Below are positions 1-10,792 of a stretch of 64,000 bases of DNA, one piece after another. How positions within the stretch are numbered: the stretch's first letter is position 1; each line of letters starts with the position of its first letter. Source of the stretch: Haliotis rubra (taxonomy: Eukaryota); NCBI RefSeq assembly GCF_003918875.1, contig NW_025766981.1, forward strand, positions 434,001 to 498,000, read 5' to 3'. A program made the position numbers and the translations under genes. The notes beneath the pieces were generated by a model that saw only the letters and a list, made by a program, of their open reading frames with translations, did not search any database and was not told the origin of the DNA.

Positions 1-571
1 TTCAGAGGTCATCACGACAGTATGTAATGAAGATTCGATGTAGGACACCGATAGATGCCAACATATAGCCACACGGATGCGTCACATCGTGAATGTTGTA
101 TAATGAACCTTCCACTGGCAGAGATTTCATACTTCTGTTTGATAAACGGCTATCGAAATCACAGTTTCACAAATACTGACATTATCAATTCGATTTCTTT
201 CCCACTTGGATGTGAATGACCTGAAAATATAGCATCACCTTGATATTTTATCGGAACATCCCCGAGCGACTGCAGCGACGGTGAATGACATGCCAGAAGA
301 GCCCCACCTCATTAGGGGCGTAGATGATGGAGTGTTGAGATTTTGTGCCCATCTGTTTCATGTGGTCGAGTGACATATGGACATTATCAGAGGTCGTTAT
401 TTCGAACATTCCATGAGGTTACATGAAAAATTAACCGATAACTATTACGCAGGGTCATTACTGGTTGTGAAGAAATAATAATATCTGGTACCAGACCCAC
501 AGAAACACCAAAGAGTATACGAGGACGAGTTCAGAGATATATGAAGCTATTTCGGAAGTAAACAAGTAAAA

Positions 572-3500
572 ATGGATAACATTAAAAAGCAGGACTTAAC
601 GTCGTCCAAAGATGACAAAAGTAGTGATCAAGAAAAGCCAGTGTCTTACACTAAGGATAGAGTTGTAACCACCATCGTTCTGATGCTGTACATGAGTGCC
701 AGTATGCCTTCCGTCCCTTTGTTCACCCAATACATCCATTCTCGCTTTGAGGACTTCTACAGGAACGGCACAAACTCCTCGTCAAGATCGCCCTGTACAC
801 ATTCACCGTGTCTTCGCAACACAAGCGAAGAAGCTGATAAGTTGCAAGTGCACATTCAACAGTCCACGTCGTATGAGGTACTGAAGTTAAGCTTGTCTAT
901 TCAGGTCCCCGCTATCATCGTCAACGTAGTCGTTGGGTCCTACTCGGACCACATCGGCAGGAAGATGCTGTTTATATTGCCGCTGCTAGGATGTATTTGT
1001 AAATATGTAGGTTTCATGCTGGTTGTCAAGTTCCATCTTCATCTCAACTTCATCATCCTCGGGACTCTCCTGGACGGTTTTTCCGGTTCAACAAGCACCT
1101 TCCTTCTTGCCACCATGGCCTATGCAGCCGACGTGACGAAGACCCAAACAACCAGGACATTCGCTATAGTAATTGCCGATAGTTCGGTGGCCACCGCCTT
1201 AGCATTAGGACAGCTTATGACAGGATTCCTTATTGAGAAGCTTGGCTACTTCTACCCATCAGTCATTAATACATCTTTAATCCTTCTTGCCACAACCATC
1301 GTCATATTTTGCCTTACGGAAACAGTAAAGAAAACGGAGGTAAAGGAACTTTCGCCTGTAGTTCATTTAAAGAAAGTGTTTGGATTTTACGTCAACAAAA
1401 GCGGAGTCAATAAGCGTTTCATATTTATTGCCTCTGTGATTGTCTTTGCCCTACTAACCATTGTGAATAATGGTGTAAACTCAGTAGAGACATTGTATCA
1501 GCTGGGTCGACCCTTCTGTTGGGACCCTGAAGAGATAGGTTACTTCAGTGCTTATTCCACAGTATTCATGACCATTTGCGGACTCGTTGCCATCAAGCTT
1601 GGGTCAGCGTGCGTGAGGGTGGAGATTCTTGCTGTGACAGGGATGTTCTTACAGATGGGGTCTCTCATTCTGGAAGGCCTGGCCAGCACAGACGCCATGC
1701 TGTATTTGGGTAATATGCTATATTTGTCTTAAAAATAACTATGCAGAACTTTACAAATTGTACAATTCTTTATTCCCTAAACACATAGGTTAAAGCTCTC
1801 AGTAGAGTGTTTGCACAATTTACACTCACTTCTGTTTGTTTGTTATTTAATGCCGCACTCAGCATTATTCCAGCTATATGGCGGCGTTCTGTTAATAATC
1901 GAGTCTGAACGAGACAATCCAATGATCAACGGCATGAGCATCAATGTACGCAACCTGGATGTGTCAATCAAGTCAGCGAACCTGACCTCCCGATGCCGTT
2001 AGTCGCCTGTTACGACAAGCATGGGTTGCTGAAGACCCGGTGTTTCGCTGGTGCTACACTCACTACTTACAGAGCACGTAAACCTTGTATATTTAGGATA
2101 GGATCTCCACATGCCATGACACTTACTTTCGTCACTGGTTCTATTCCCAATTTCCTCTGGTTATCTCATACGGTTTCTCAGCACCATGCCAGTTGTTGTG
2201 GCCAGATGTCGCCACATTTCACTTCGGGCTTTCGTCTCACATAAGACTGCGTTCGTGGTCTAGTGGAGAGCGCGTCAGCCGAAGGTTAGTTGTTCGAACC
2301 TTGGATCCCTAGCATACCAAATGGTGCTGAAAGATGGTGCTTGTTGTTTCCCGGCCTGGTGCACATTCAGGGCACAAAACAAGGACTGCTCGGCCCAGTG
2401 TCAGTATACTGAGTGGGACATCCATGATACTGCAAATGGTATCTCAGAGGGCGAGCTGGCATTAAAACCTCGCATTTCGGGACTACTGCAAGCAGACAGA
2501 AATCACATCTTACCTAACCTCACCTCCCTCTCGAAGCCGCGTTACTTAAATACCACAATAGCAATCCAGGTCCTAATTTTCGTTACTGCCATTTCATGTG
2601 TATTGCTTGAGAGAAATGCCTAGATTATTGACGTTAGAGATACTTACTAACATTTTGGATAATTTAGATCAGTATTAGTAACGTGAATTCAGAAAGTTTT
2701 ATCCTGCCCCTTTTTTCGTAAAGTGTATTTGCAGAACTCTGGAAAACATATAGCTTTATAAAAATGATTTTGTGGCAATGATGGACATGTGTATGTGTAT
2801 AAATCTGGTCTCATCGCTAAATGGCTGAAATATTGCCGATGCGACGTAAAATCTCAATTCACTGAATCAAACACATATCAAATTATAATAATTTGATTAA
2901 TTTTATACTGATATTTGTATATATCTTATAATTGTATATATATTATATTTGTGTATGATTGATATTTGTTTACATTTTATATTTGTATACATTTCATAAT
3001 GTTGATAGCCTGAAGAGACTAGGTGTCATAATTTAAAGTAAATTGTTTTACGGGCATATTATTTCAGTGCCCTTTGTTGGGTCATTCAGTGGTGTGTCGG
3101 TGTCTGTGATTCGGTCGGTGATGTCGCACATGGTGGATCCTCAGGAACAAGGTATGTACTGATGGATGTGTCAATACCATAGCACATAGGACGCGGTTAT
3201 TCAAACGTTTTAAGAGCAGGTGTCCGTTCTCAATATATTCCACCATTGACCACAGTTTTACGTTGCAGGCATTATGTTCAAATATAACTCTGTAGGCCAA
3301 AAGGCAACTTTTATTGTGCATTCATTGATTTTAGAAAGGCTTTTGATTATATTGACAGGAACCAATGCTTATATTTACTCATGCAAAGAGGATGCCATGG
3401 TAAAATGCACAATCTTTTAAAAAGTATGTATGGAAATGTAAAAGCAAATGTAAAGGTTGGTTGCTCTAAAACTTCCTTCATAGCACCTCTAGTAGCGTAG

Positions 3501-4984
3501 GACAAGGGTGCGATTTGAGCCCTGTCCTGTTTATGTTCTTTATCAATGAGTTTGTGTATGTGTGGGGGCGGTTGGGTAGCGTAATTGTTAAAGCGTGTGC
3601 TCGTCACACTGATGACCTGGGTTTGATTCTCCGCATAGGTACAATGTGTGAAGCCCATTTCTGGTGTCCCCTGCCGTGATATTGCTGGAATATTGTTAGA
3701 AGCGGCGTAAAACCATACTCACTCACTATAAAAGGAGGCTGCTTGTGATCATGGTATATTTGTTATCCAAAATATTGAAGATCTAATGTTACTCTAATTG
3801 CCAATGACATTGTGCTTATATCGTATACTGTTTGGGGCTCGCAGTAACTGTTGTAAGGTGCATATTGCTGACACTGTCACTGTAGATGAACAGGTATTGT
3901 TTTAATGCAGTACTTGTACTTCCTTCGTACCAGGTGCAATCTTCTCCAGCATGGCTACCGTCGACACCCTGAGTGGAGCTATTGGGAGTGCGACCTTCAC
4001 CTTCCTGTACAGCGCAACGGTCGATACAATAAGAGGGACGGCGTTCTTAGTAATGGCGGCCGTCATTTTTATGGCCGCTGTGACTAGGTAACCTGTTCAA
4101 AAGTATATGACTGCTTGATGCGTGTGTTTGTTTTTCAATCATCTGAGCGGTGGGGTAGCCTAGTGGTTAAAGCGTTTGCTCGTCACGCCGAAGACCCAGG
4201 TTCGATACCCCGCATGGGTACCATGTGTAAAGCCCATTTCTGGTGTCCACCGCCGTGATATTTCTGGAATATTGTTAAAGGCGGCGTAGAACCAAACTCA
4301 CTATCTCACTTTCAATCATCTCTTGGAATCATCGAATTATTGTTCGAATCTCAGATTCAGTATAATACAATGGTTGACAAATTATACCTTTGATTTAAAC
4401 GAAAAGTTTTCTTTTATGTTACTATAGGTTTTCCAACGAAACAAACCGGAAGGATAAATGTTGCCTTAACCCAAGTTTCAGTTACATGTCACTTGTACTC
4501 AGTCCCATTATGACCCAACCGTTGTTAACCTCATGATGTTTCGATTAATGTCTCCTTGGCTTTCTGACAAATTATCGGGGCGGCAGTGGTTAGAGCGTTC
4601 TCTCGTTATGCCGAAGACCCAGGTTCGATTCACCAAATGGGTATTATGTATGAAACCCATTTGTGGTGTCCCCCTCCGTGATTTGCTGGAATATTACTAA
4701 AAAGCGGCGTTAAACTAAACTCACTCACTCACTCTGACAAACTGAAACTAATCATTGTTAAAAGATACATTAAAAGACTCGTCTTTTACGCTTTTTTTGT
4801 TTTCAGTGTGGTAATTGTATGGTCTCCAAAACAACCGGACTATGTCCTGCTTATTTCTCCACGTGAAGATGAAGATACACCTGGAACTGGATGTAGCCAG
4901 GAAGATACAGCTGGAACAAAATTGCTGAGAGGACCACCTCAGAAAATATATTTAACCATTAAGAAACATCCTGCTGTTGTATGA
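572..4984 (+). CDS. SLC46: SLC46-family MFS transporter (PCFT/SLC46A3-like), paralogue 1, about 517 aa
   Basis: Exons 572-1709, 3068-3151 (84 nt), 3934-4087 (154 nt), 4807-4984 (TGA). All introns are GT-AG, phases 1/1/2, and the frame stays open. Family motifs: GSYSDHIGRK (loop 2-3), YAADVT, LYQLGRPFCW, IRSVMSHMVDPQEQGAIFS. C-tail contains YVLL. Confidence 0.9.
1833..2040 (-). mobile_element. Family B element
   Basis: Reverse consensus match. Confidence 0.78.
2250..2530 (+). mobile_element. Degraded SINE family C copy
   Basis: gtggtctagtgg head, cataccaa, ggtgcttgttgtttcccggcctgg, acaaggactg, tcagtata, ggtatctcag. Confidence 0.6.
3216..3850 (+). mobile_element. Degraded LINE RT fragment in intron 2 of paralogue 1, split by a SINE
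   Basis: Translates in pieces to STIDHSFTLQAL, CAFIDFRKAFDYIDR, KSMYGNVK, GQGCDLSPVLFMFFINE. Confidence 0.75.
3564..3727 (+). mobile_element. tRNA-Asp-like SINE (family A, about 165 bp)
   Basis: Family consensus ggggcggtggggtagcctagtggttaaagcgttcgctcGTCacgccgaagacccgggttcgattcc...gcggcgtaaaactaaac(tcac)n; more than 20 copies in the window. Confidence 0.8.
4145..4309 (+). mobile_element. SINE family A
   Basis: Consensus match; TSD tttcaatcatct. Confidence 0.88.
4577..4732 (+). mobile_element. SINE family A
   Basis: Consensus match with a short head deletion. Confidence 0.8.
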
Positions 4985-5019
4985 AAGTATAAGGCGAGAA
5001 TTAACCGGGTCTCACACTT

Positions 5020-5600
5020 TGTGGTGTACCAGTGGGTGGAACATTCAACTGAAAGTGGTTGCACTTTACCATAAGGAAGAGAGTTTTGTGGATGTCAGAC
5101 TTGGGTACCAGTGTGGAACATTCAACTGAAAGTGGTTGTACTTTACCATAAGGAAGAGAGTTTATGGATGTCAGAGTTGGGTATCATGCTGTGTGGTGTA
5201 CCAGTGGATGGAACATTCAACTGAAAGTGGTTGTACTTTACCATAAGGAAGAGAGTTTTATGGATGTCAGAGTTGGGTATCATGCTGTGTGGTGTACCAG
5301 TGGATGGAACATTCAACTGAAAGTGTGTACCAGTGGGTGGAACATTCAACTGGAAGTGTACCAGTGGTTGTACTTTACCATAAGGAAGAGAGTTTTATGG
5401 ATGTCAGAGTTGGGTATCATGCTGTGTGGTGTACCAGTGGATGGAACATTCAACTGAAAGTGGTTGTACTTTACCATAAGGAAGAGAGTTTTATGGATGT
5501 CAGAGTTGGGTATCATGCTGTGTGGTGTACCAGTGGATGGAACATTCAACTGAAAGTGGTTGTACATGCTGTGTGGTGTACCAGTGGATGGAACATTGCT
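5020..5600. repeat. 96-bp minisatellite just 3' of the paralogue 1 stop codon
   Basis: gtgtggtgtaccagtggatggaacattcaactgaaagtggttgtactttaccataagg... recurs at 5191, 5287 and onward, with partial units. Confidence 0.9.
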
Positions 5601-6865
5601 GAAATCGTTCCATTTGTATATGTGACTTGGGTTCACAATCTGGTGCCTTCATGTCGGTAATGGGTTTATCCTGTAATTGTTAAATCGTTCCATTCAATGA
5701 CGACTGTAATTGTTAAACCTCAATGACGACGCCTTATTATCCCTTTGTTGTAATCTGCACGACAACGATGATTGCTGTAAACTGATTTGTGATTAGTCCA
5801 TCACCTCAACAGTGAATGTAATTAACGATGCTCCTCATATTAATATCATTGTCAGACATTTCGAACTGATTGTATCAGTGTCATTGTAAGGGTTTGATTG
5901 GATGGTTAATTGTTCACTAACTCCCTAATTGACTATATACCTTTGCTACTGTCCATATAAATTGATTAGTATTGTAGTGTTAGTATTTGACAAAAACTCA
6001 TTAGTGTAGAGTACGTCAATACCTGAGTCCAATAGTTGTATTATATTACATTATTATAATACCTATTCTAGCTATCGCAGATAATCGCGTTTACAGACAC
6101 AACTCACGATAGCGTTGTTATTGTGAACTTGAGATTGTGTCATTTAGTTTGACCGAAGCATCGATGGCCAGTCGCGAGTATGCCACGAAGGTATATGTGG
6201 CACGGGAATCGACCATGGGATATAAACATACAGTACAGATCAACGTATTGCACTTTGGTTCTATTAGCTTTAGAGATACTGGTCTCGGATTACGTTCGAT
6301 GCTCGTTATCAATGTGACCCTTGACAGGTTTAAGATTAAGGAACGTGGTCAGTTAGTCTGTAATATTTTCAGTTTTCAATAACACATACCGTTATAAAAT
6401 ATTGGTAAAACTTGTCCACTTTTGCCGTGTTAAAACTTGTGAATAATGAGCTTATCCGGATACTTGATATGAACCATAACACAACCGCCTACCTTCCATA
6501 AAGATCAATAAGATGATGGCAACACCCCTACCATAACACTAACGAAAGTTGTAACAAGCATTGTCGATCAGTGTTCAAGATGTAAACCACCTTTACATAA
6601 CTCATCATCGTTTTCTACAAACCCAGTTCCACACGTGCTCGGTTTTATAAGCATTTCAGTAAATTTGGGCAAAAGTAAATTATAAACTAAAAGCTTATTT
6701 TTAGATGGATTCTTTGTACAAACATACTAATTAAATACAACGGATGCATTTCCCGCTGTATAAATGCTTCATTGTTCTGACTGTCACTACCAGGCTGGTG
6801 ATATAAAGGTAGCAGGAGGTCACTAGAGAGCATGTCAATTTATAATTGTGCTGTGATAATGTATG

Positions 6866-6976
6866 TATGGAATACTGTAAGGGACATTCTCGCGATCTCG
6901 CATTCTCGCACTTTTGGCATTTGTAGCTTGTTTCCAAAGGTCGAGATCGCGAGAATGTCCCTTACAGTATTCCATA
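6866..6976. mobile_element. Palindromic MITE (TATGG...CCATA)
   Basis: 35-bp perfect inverted arms; flanks tgtatg / tgtatc (5 of 6 match). Confidence 0.7.
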
Positions 6977-7217
6977 TGTATCGCATGGTTACTGTGACAT
7001 TTACGATCTCACTTCCTCTTCTTTTTTTTTACCAGCTTCCCTTTCATATATATCGCATTTATCCAGCAGCATGACATCATGAATTATCTCCCCTTCTCCG
7101 AGGGTTAACATTGAACTTTCAGCATTCAATTTATTTCTTTGAGAGGCATTTTAAAAGTTGTAAAGAGAAGAAGGAAAACCAAGTTCTATGGATAGTCAAC
7201 TACTTTATTGCAGTGAA

Positions 7218-7257
7218 TGCGACGTTTCGGTGTAGATACTAACACCGTTATCAAGCA
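7218..7257 (-). ncRNA. Minimal type-I hammerhead ribozyme motif (U3:A8 variant) in a Penelope-like LTR remnant
   Basis: UGC-UUGAUAA-C-GGUGU(loop)ACACC-GAAA-CG-UC-GCA, followed by AAUAAA. Confidence 0.65.
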
Positions 7258-7421
7258 ACTGATTTGTTCATTCAATTTATTGTTCTCACTGTAAAACGTC
7301 CAGATGTGTTTTTACCTAATGTGTGTATCCTGCCGATACCTTATGACATCACATGTGCACTTATAAATGTATAACGTTTATAACATAACCCTTACGATAT
7401 TATGTCGCTTATTATGCTAGG

Positions 7422-7588
7422 AGGGGCGGTGGGGTAGCCTAGTGGTTAAGGCGTTCGCTAGTCGCGCTGAAGACCCGGGTTCGATTCCCCACATGGGTAC
7501 AATGTGTGAAGCTCGTTTCTGGTGTCCCCTACAGTAATATTGTTGGAGTATGCTAAAAACGGCGTAAAACCCAACTTACGCACTCACT
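7422..7588 (+). mobile_element. SINE family A
   Basis: Consensus match; imperfect TSD tatt.tgctagg. Confidence 0.85.
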
Positions 7589-8033
7589 ATTCTGCTAGGT
7601 GGTAGGGAATTATGTTTGCCACAGAATACGATGTTTTCACTTTTGTGAGACATACAAGTTATTTCTTCTTTTATAAATGCCGAGTTGATCCTGAAGATTT
7701 GTAACTTATTATTGCTTTAGATGTTTGTTATGATAACTAATGTTAATTAATATTGCATTGTACATAATAATTGTATGTATAATCTTGTGTACATAAACAC
7801 CTATTTCACGAGGCAGAGATACATACTACTTTCGTTTTCATCCTCGAGTTCCAACGAAGGCCACCTCATATGTGATAGTACTGGACGTACAGCATCGATG
7901 TGTGTCGAGGCATGCTGATGTGGACGTCTGTAACGACAGGCAACTGCTGCGCAAACTGATCCACCGGAAACTATAATGTTCTACTACACTATCCTAAAAA
8001 CAAAACTGTTCTAATAAATATCTAATTTGTTGT

Positions 8034-8203
8034 GGGGCGATGGGGTAGCCTTGTGGTTAAAGCGTTCACTCGTCACGCCGAAGACCCGGGATCGTTTCCC
8101 CACATGGGGACAAGGTGTGAAGCACGTTTCTGGTGTCCCCCGCCGTGTTATTGCTGGAATATTGCTAAAAGCGGCGTAAAACCAAACTCACTCACTCACT
8201 CAC
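8034..8203 (+). mobile_element. SINE family A
   Basis: Consensus match; imperfect TSD tcta.ttt.ttgt. Confidence 0.85.
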
Positions 8204-8425
8204 TCTAGTTTATTGTAAGGACATGGAGACATCTAATCGTCACTGGAATCCACACCTTGTTGAATGCTCGTCCCAATCAAACCACACACTAGCACTCGGA
8301 TATTACCAACAACTTAACAATGCATTTATTTATATTACTATGGTTTCTATCGACAATGCAATATACATTTGTGTTCTAGTTTGTTGTTTGTTGGGTTTTT
8401 TTCAGTGTCTCATAACTCTATATTG

Positions 8426-9938
8426 TGCGGAAGCGTAGTAGGGCCACGTTGAAATTATTTTTTGTCTCACTATCTGCTACGTAGGACATACAAACTCCAA
8501 GTAGGAGTTGTTAAGTCCTACGTAGGACTTACTATCTCCTGCATAATACTTAATATCTCTACGTAGGACTTACTATCTCCTACGTAGGACTTAATATCTA
8601 CTATGTAGGACCCACTGTCTCCTACGTAGTACTTAATGTCTCTTATGTAGCACTTACTGTCTCCTACGTAGTACTTATATCTCCTACGTAGGACTTACAA
8701 TCTCCTACGTAGTACTTAATATCTCCTACGTAGGACTTACTATCTCCTGCGTAGTACTTAATATCTTCTACGTAGGACTTACTATCTCCTGCGTAGTACT
8801 TAAAAACTCCATTAATCTGAAAGGGTCGATTTAAATCCCCAGATACGCAAACAATCAGTACCTGCCTAAACAATTCTTCTATTTCTTATTTGCAAATGTA
8901 ATGTAATATGTAGCAAACAAATTAACATGAGAATATGAATTATATTATGCTTAATGGAAGCACTACTACCAAACATACTTGCACCACAAATAACAGACAT
9001 ACACAGATAAATCAATTTTAACTGAATAAGGAAAATGATAATGTTATGGCATGGACATTGCCATTAATTGTTACGTAGCGACACAATAACGGTAGTGACA
9101 TTATTAATAATAGCCAGTTTTATATGTTTACTTTAAAAGATAATTTCATGAATTTGTCAGTCAGATATTTCAGAATGTTGAAGAATATGTAATAGGCAAA
9201 AGATTTACATAGATATCACTGCCATGTTAAAAACAGGTAAAGACCGCATGTTACGGCAGTGACATTGTGACGGTGTATAATGTCACTACCGAAACGGCCC
9301 TATCACAGCCGTGGTCTTCTTTGTCACAGCGGTTACACTACCCTGCCCTTACTGTAACAAAAATTCATACTTATATGCTTATTGCTTATATTCAATTGAT
9401 ACAAAAATGTTGTGTTAAATAAGATTCCAAAACATTTGATATCTTTGAATGGAAAATTTAGATACAAACAACATCAAACTAGAAAAATGCCACTGCCGTC
9501 ACAAAATCTGTCCTTACCGTAACAAAACCCATGATAAGTTTTAAAACAATGACTGGTCCCCAAAGTTTACTAAGTACACATTTTCAAATGATTTCCCCCC
9601 TTGTCAAAGATTCTTGGCGTTGTTTCATTTCAGATTAATGTATATTAATATATATCGCTCATCTCTCACGCAGGAGATATTAAGTATTACGTAGGAGATA
9701 GTAAGTCCTACGAAGGAGATACTAAGTCCTACGTAGGAGATACAAAGTCCTACGTAGGAAAAATTAAGTACTACGTTGGAGATAGTATGTCCTACGTAGG
9801 AGATCGTCTGTCCTACTGTAGAACTTAAGAACTCCTACATAGGAGATACCAAGTCCTACGTAAGATTTACTAAGTACTACGTAGGAGATAATACGTACTA
9901 ACTCCTACGTAAGAGATACTAAGACCTACGCTTCCGTA
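8426..9938. mobile_element. Foldback-type DNA element with 21-bp subterminal arrays
   Basis: Termini tgcggaagcgtag / ctacgcttccgta. Arrays of tctcctacgtaggacttacta at 8477-8800 are mirrored as reverse complement at 9668-9920. Inner inverted repeat cattaatctgaaa. Confidence 0.8.
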
Positions 9939-10354
9939 CATCCGTAATATTAGCAAATAAACTCACAGTTAAGAAATATTTGGTGGTTTTGTGTGGTCCT
10001 GTGCTTAGAGCATCAACAAAGCAACGATGGGCAATGAAAGTCAATGGATGGGTGACCGTATTTGGCAGTTTCACTCCTGAGAGTTTCTTGGACTTCAGTC
10101 CTGCCTCACAACAACGCACATGTGATACAGGTGGTCTCACCTTAGGGGAGTTTGTTAAAAATCGCCTCTGTTCAAAAATGAAAATGGGTACCCGGTGAGA
10201 TAAGACTAGTGACTGTAACCTTCTGGCCCCTTCACAGGCAGCTTGGGTTATCCGGGGTAATAATGTGCTGCTCTTTGATTGTCAGCTGTGTGAGCATTCA
10301 CCTAGTGAATGGATTTTATAAATCATAAATAAATCATAAATGCACTTGTTATTA

Positions 10355-10792
10355 TTCCTGTACATTATTATATCAGTACATTGTCTGACGTTTATTTGCT
10401 TACATTAGTTAATACTTCATTACCGACACACGACATCTGAAGGGCGTGTCGGACTCTCTACTCTCTGACTAAAATCGAGTGACCAAATTGCAATATGAAT
10501 TCCTCCTCGTCATCTAATATGTACCGCTATAGCTTGGGTCACAACCATCTGACTCTTCCCTGTAATCATGCAACAGATGGTGCATTGTTATACTCCATCT
10601 CGTGATGTACATTAACATTCAGTAGATCAAATTAACCACCAACTACCAGTGGGAATCAGGAATGACTCTGCTTGATGTAATAAAAAAAACACAACATTGG
10701 CACAATTTGTGTCATATTCAGAGCGAGCAAACACACGGTTCAGTTAGAATGAAATGAAGTTATTAATGAGGTAAACTAACAACCCGGTAAGG
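10355..10792 (+). promoter_or_regulatory. Conserved upstream block (promoter/5' UTR) shared with paralogue 3 (27765-28213)
   Basis: Colinear non-coding similarity; the motif aacattc...aaattaacc...aacta also occurs upstream of paralogue 1 (about 405-445). Confidence 0.45.

Noticed and set aside
572-1732. Provided 386-aa ORF (and the 395, 394, 369-aa ORFs) as complete proteins
   Set aside because: Each runs a few codons past a conserved splice donor; the last TMs are in downstream exons.
4145-4220. tRNA-Asp(GTC) gene
   Set aside because: No acceptor stem; always continues into the same body and tail with TSDs, so it is a SINE head.
5143-5660. Repetitive ORFs (MDVRVGYHAVW..., MNVPSTGTPHS...)
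   Set aside because: By-products of the 96-bp minisatellite; no splice or homology support.
8664-8873. ORF with KYYAGDSKSY repeats
   Set aside because: Translation of the 21-bp foldback array.
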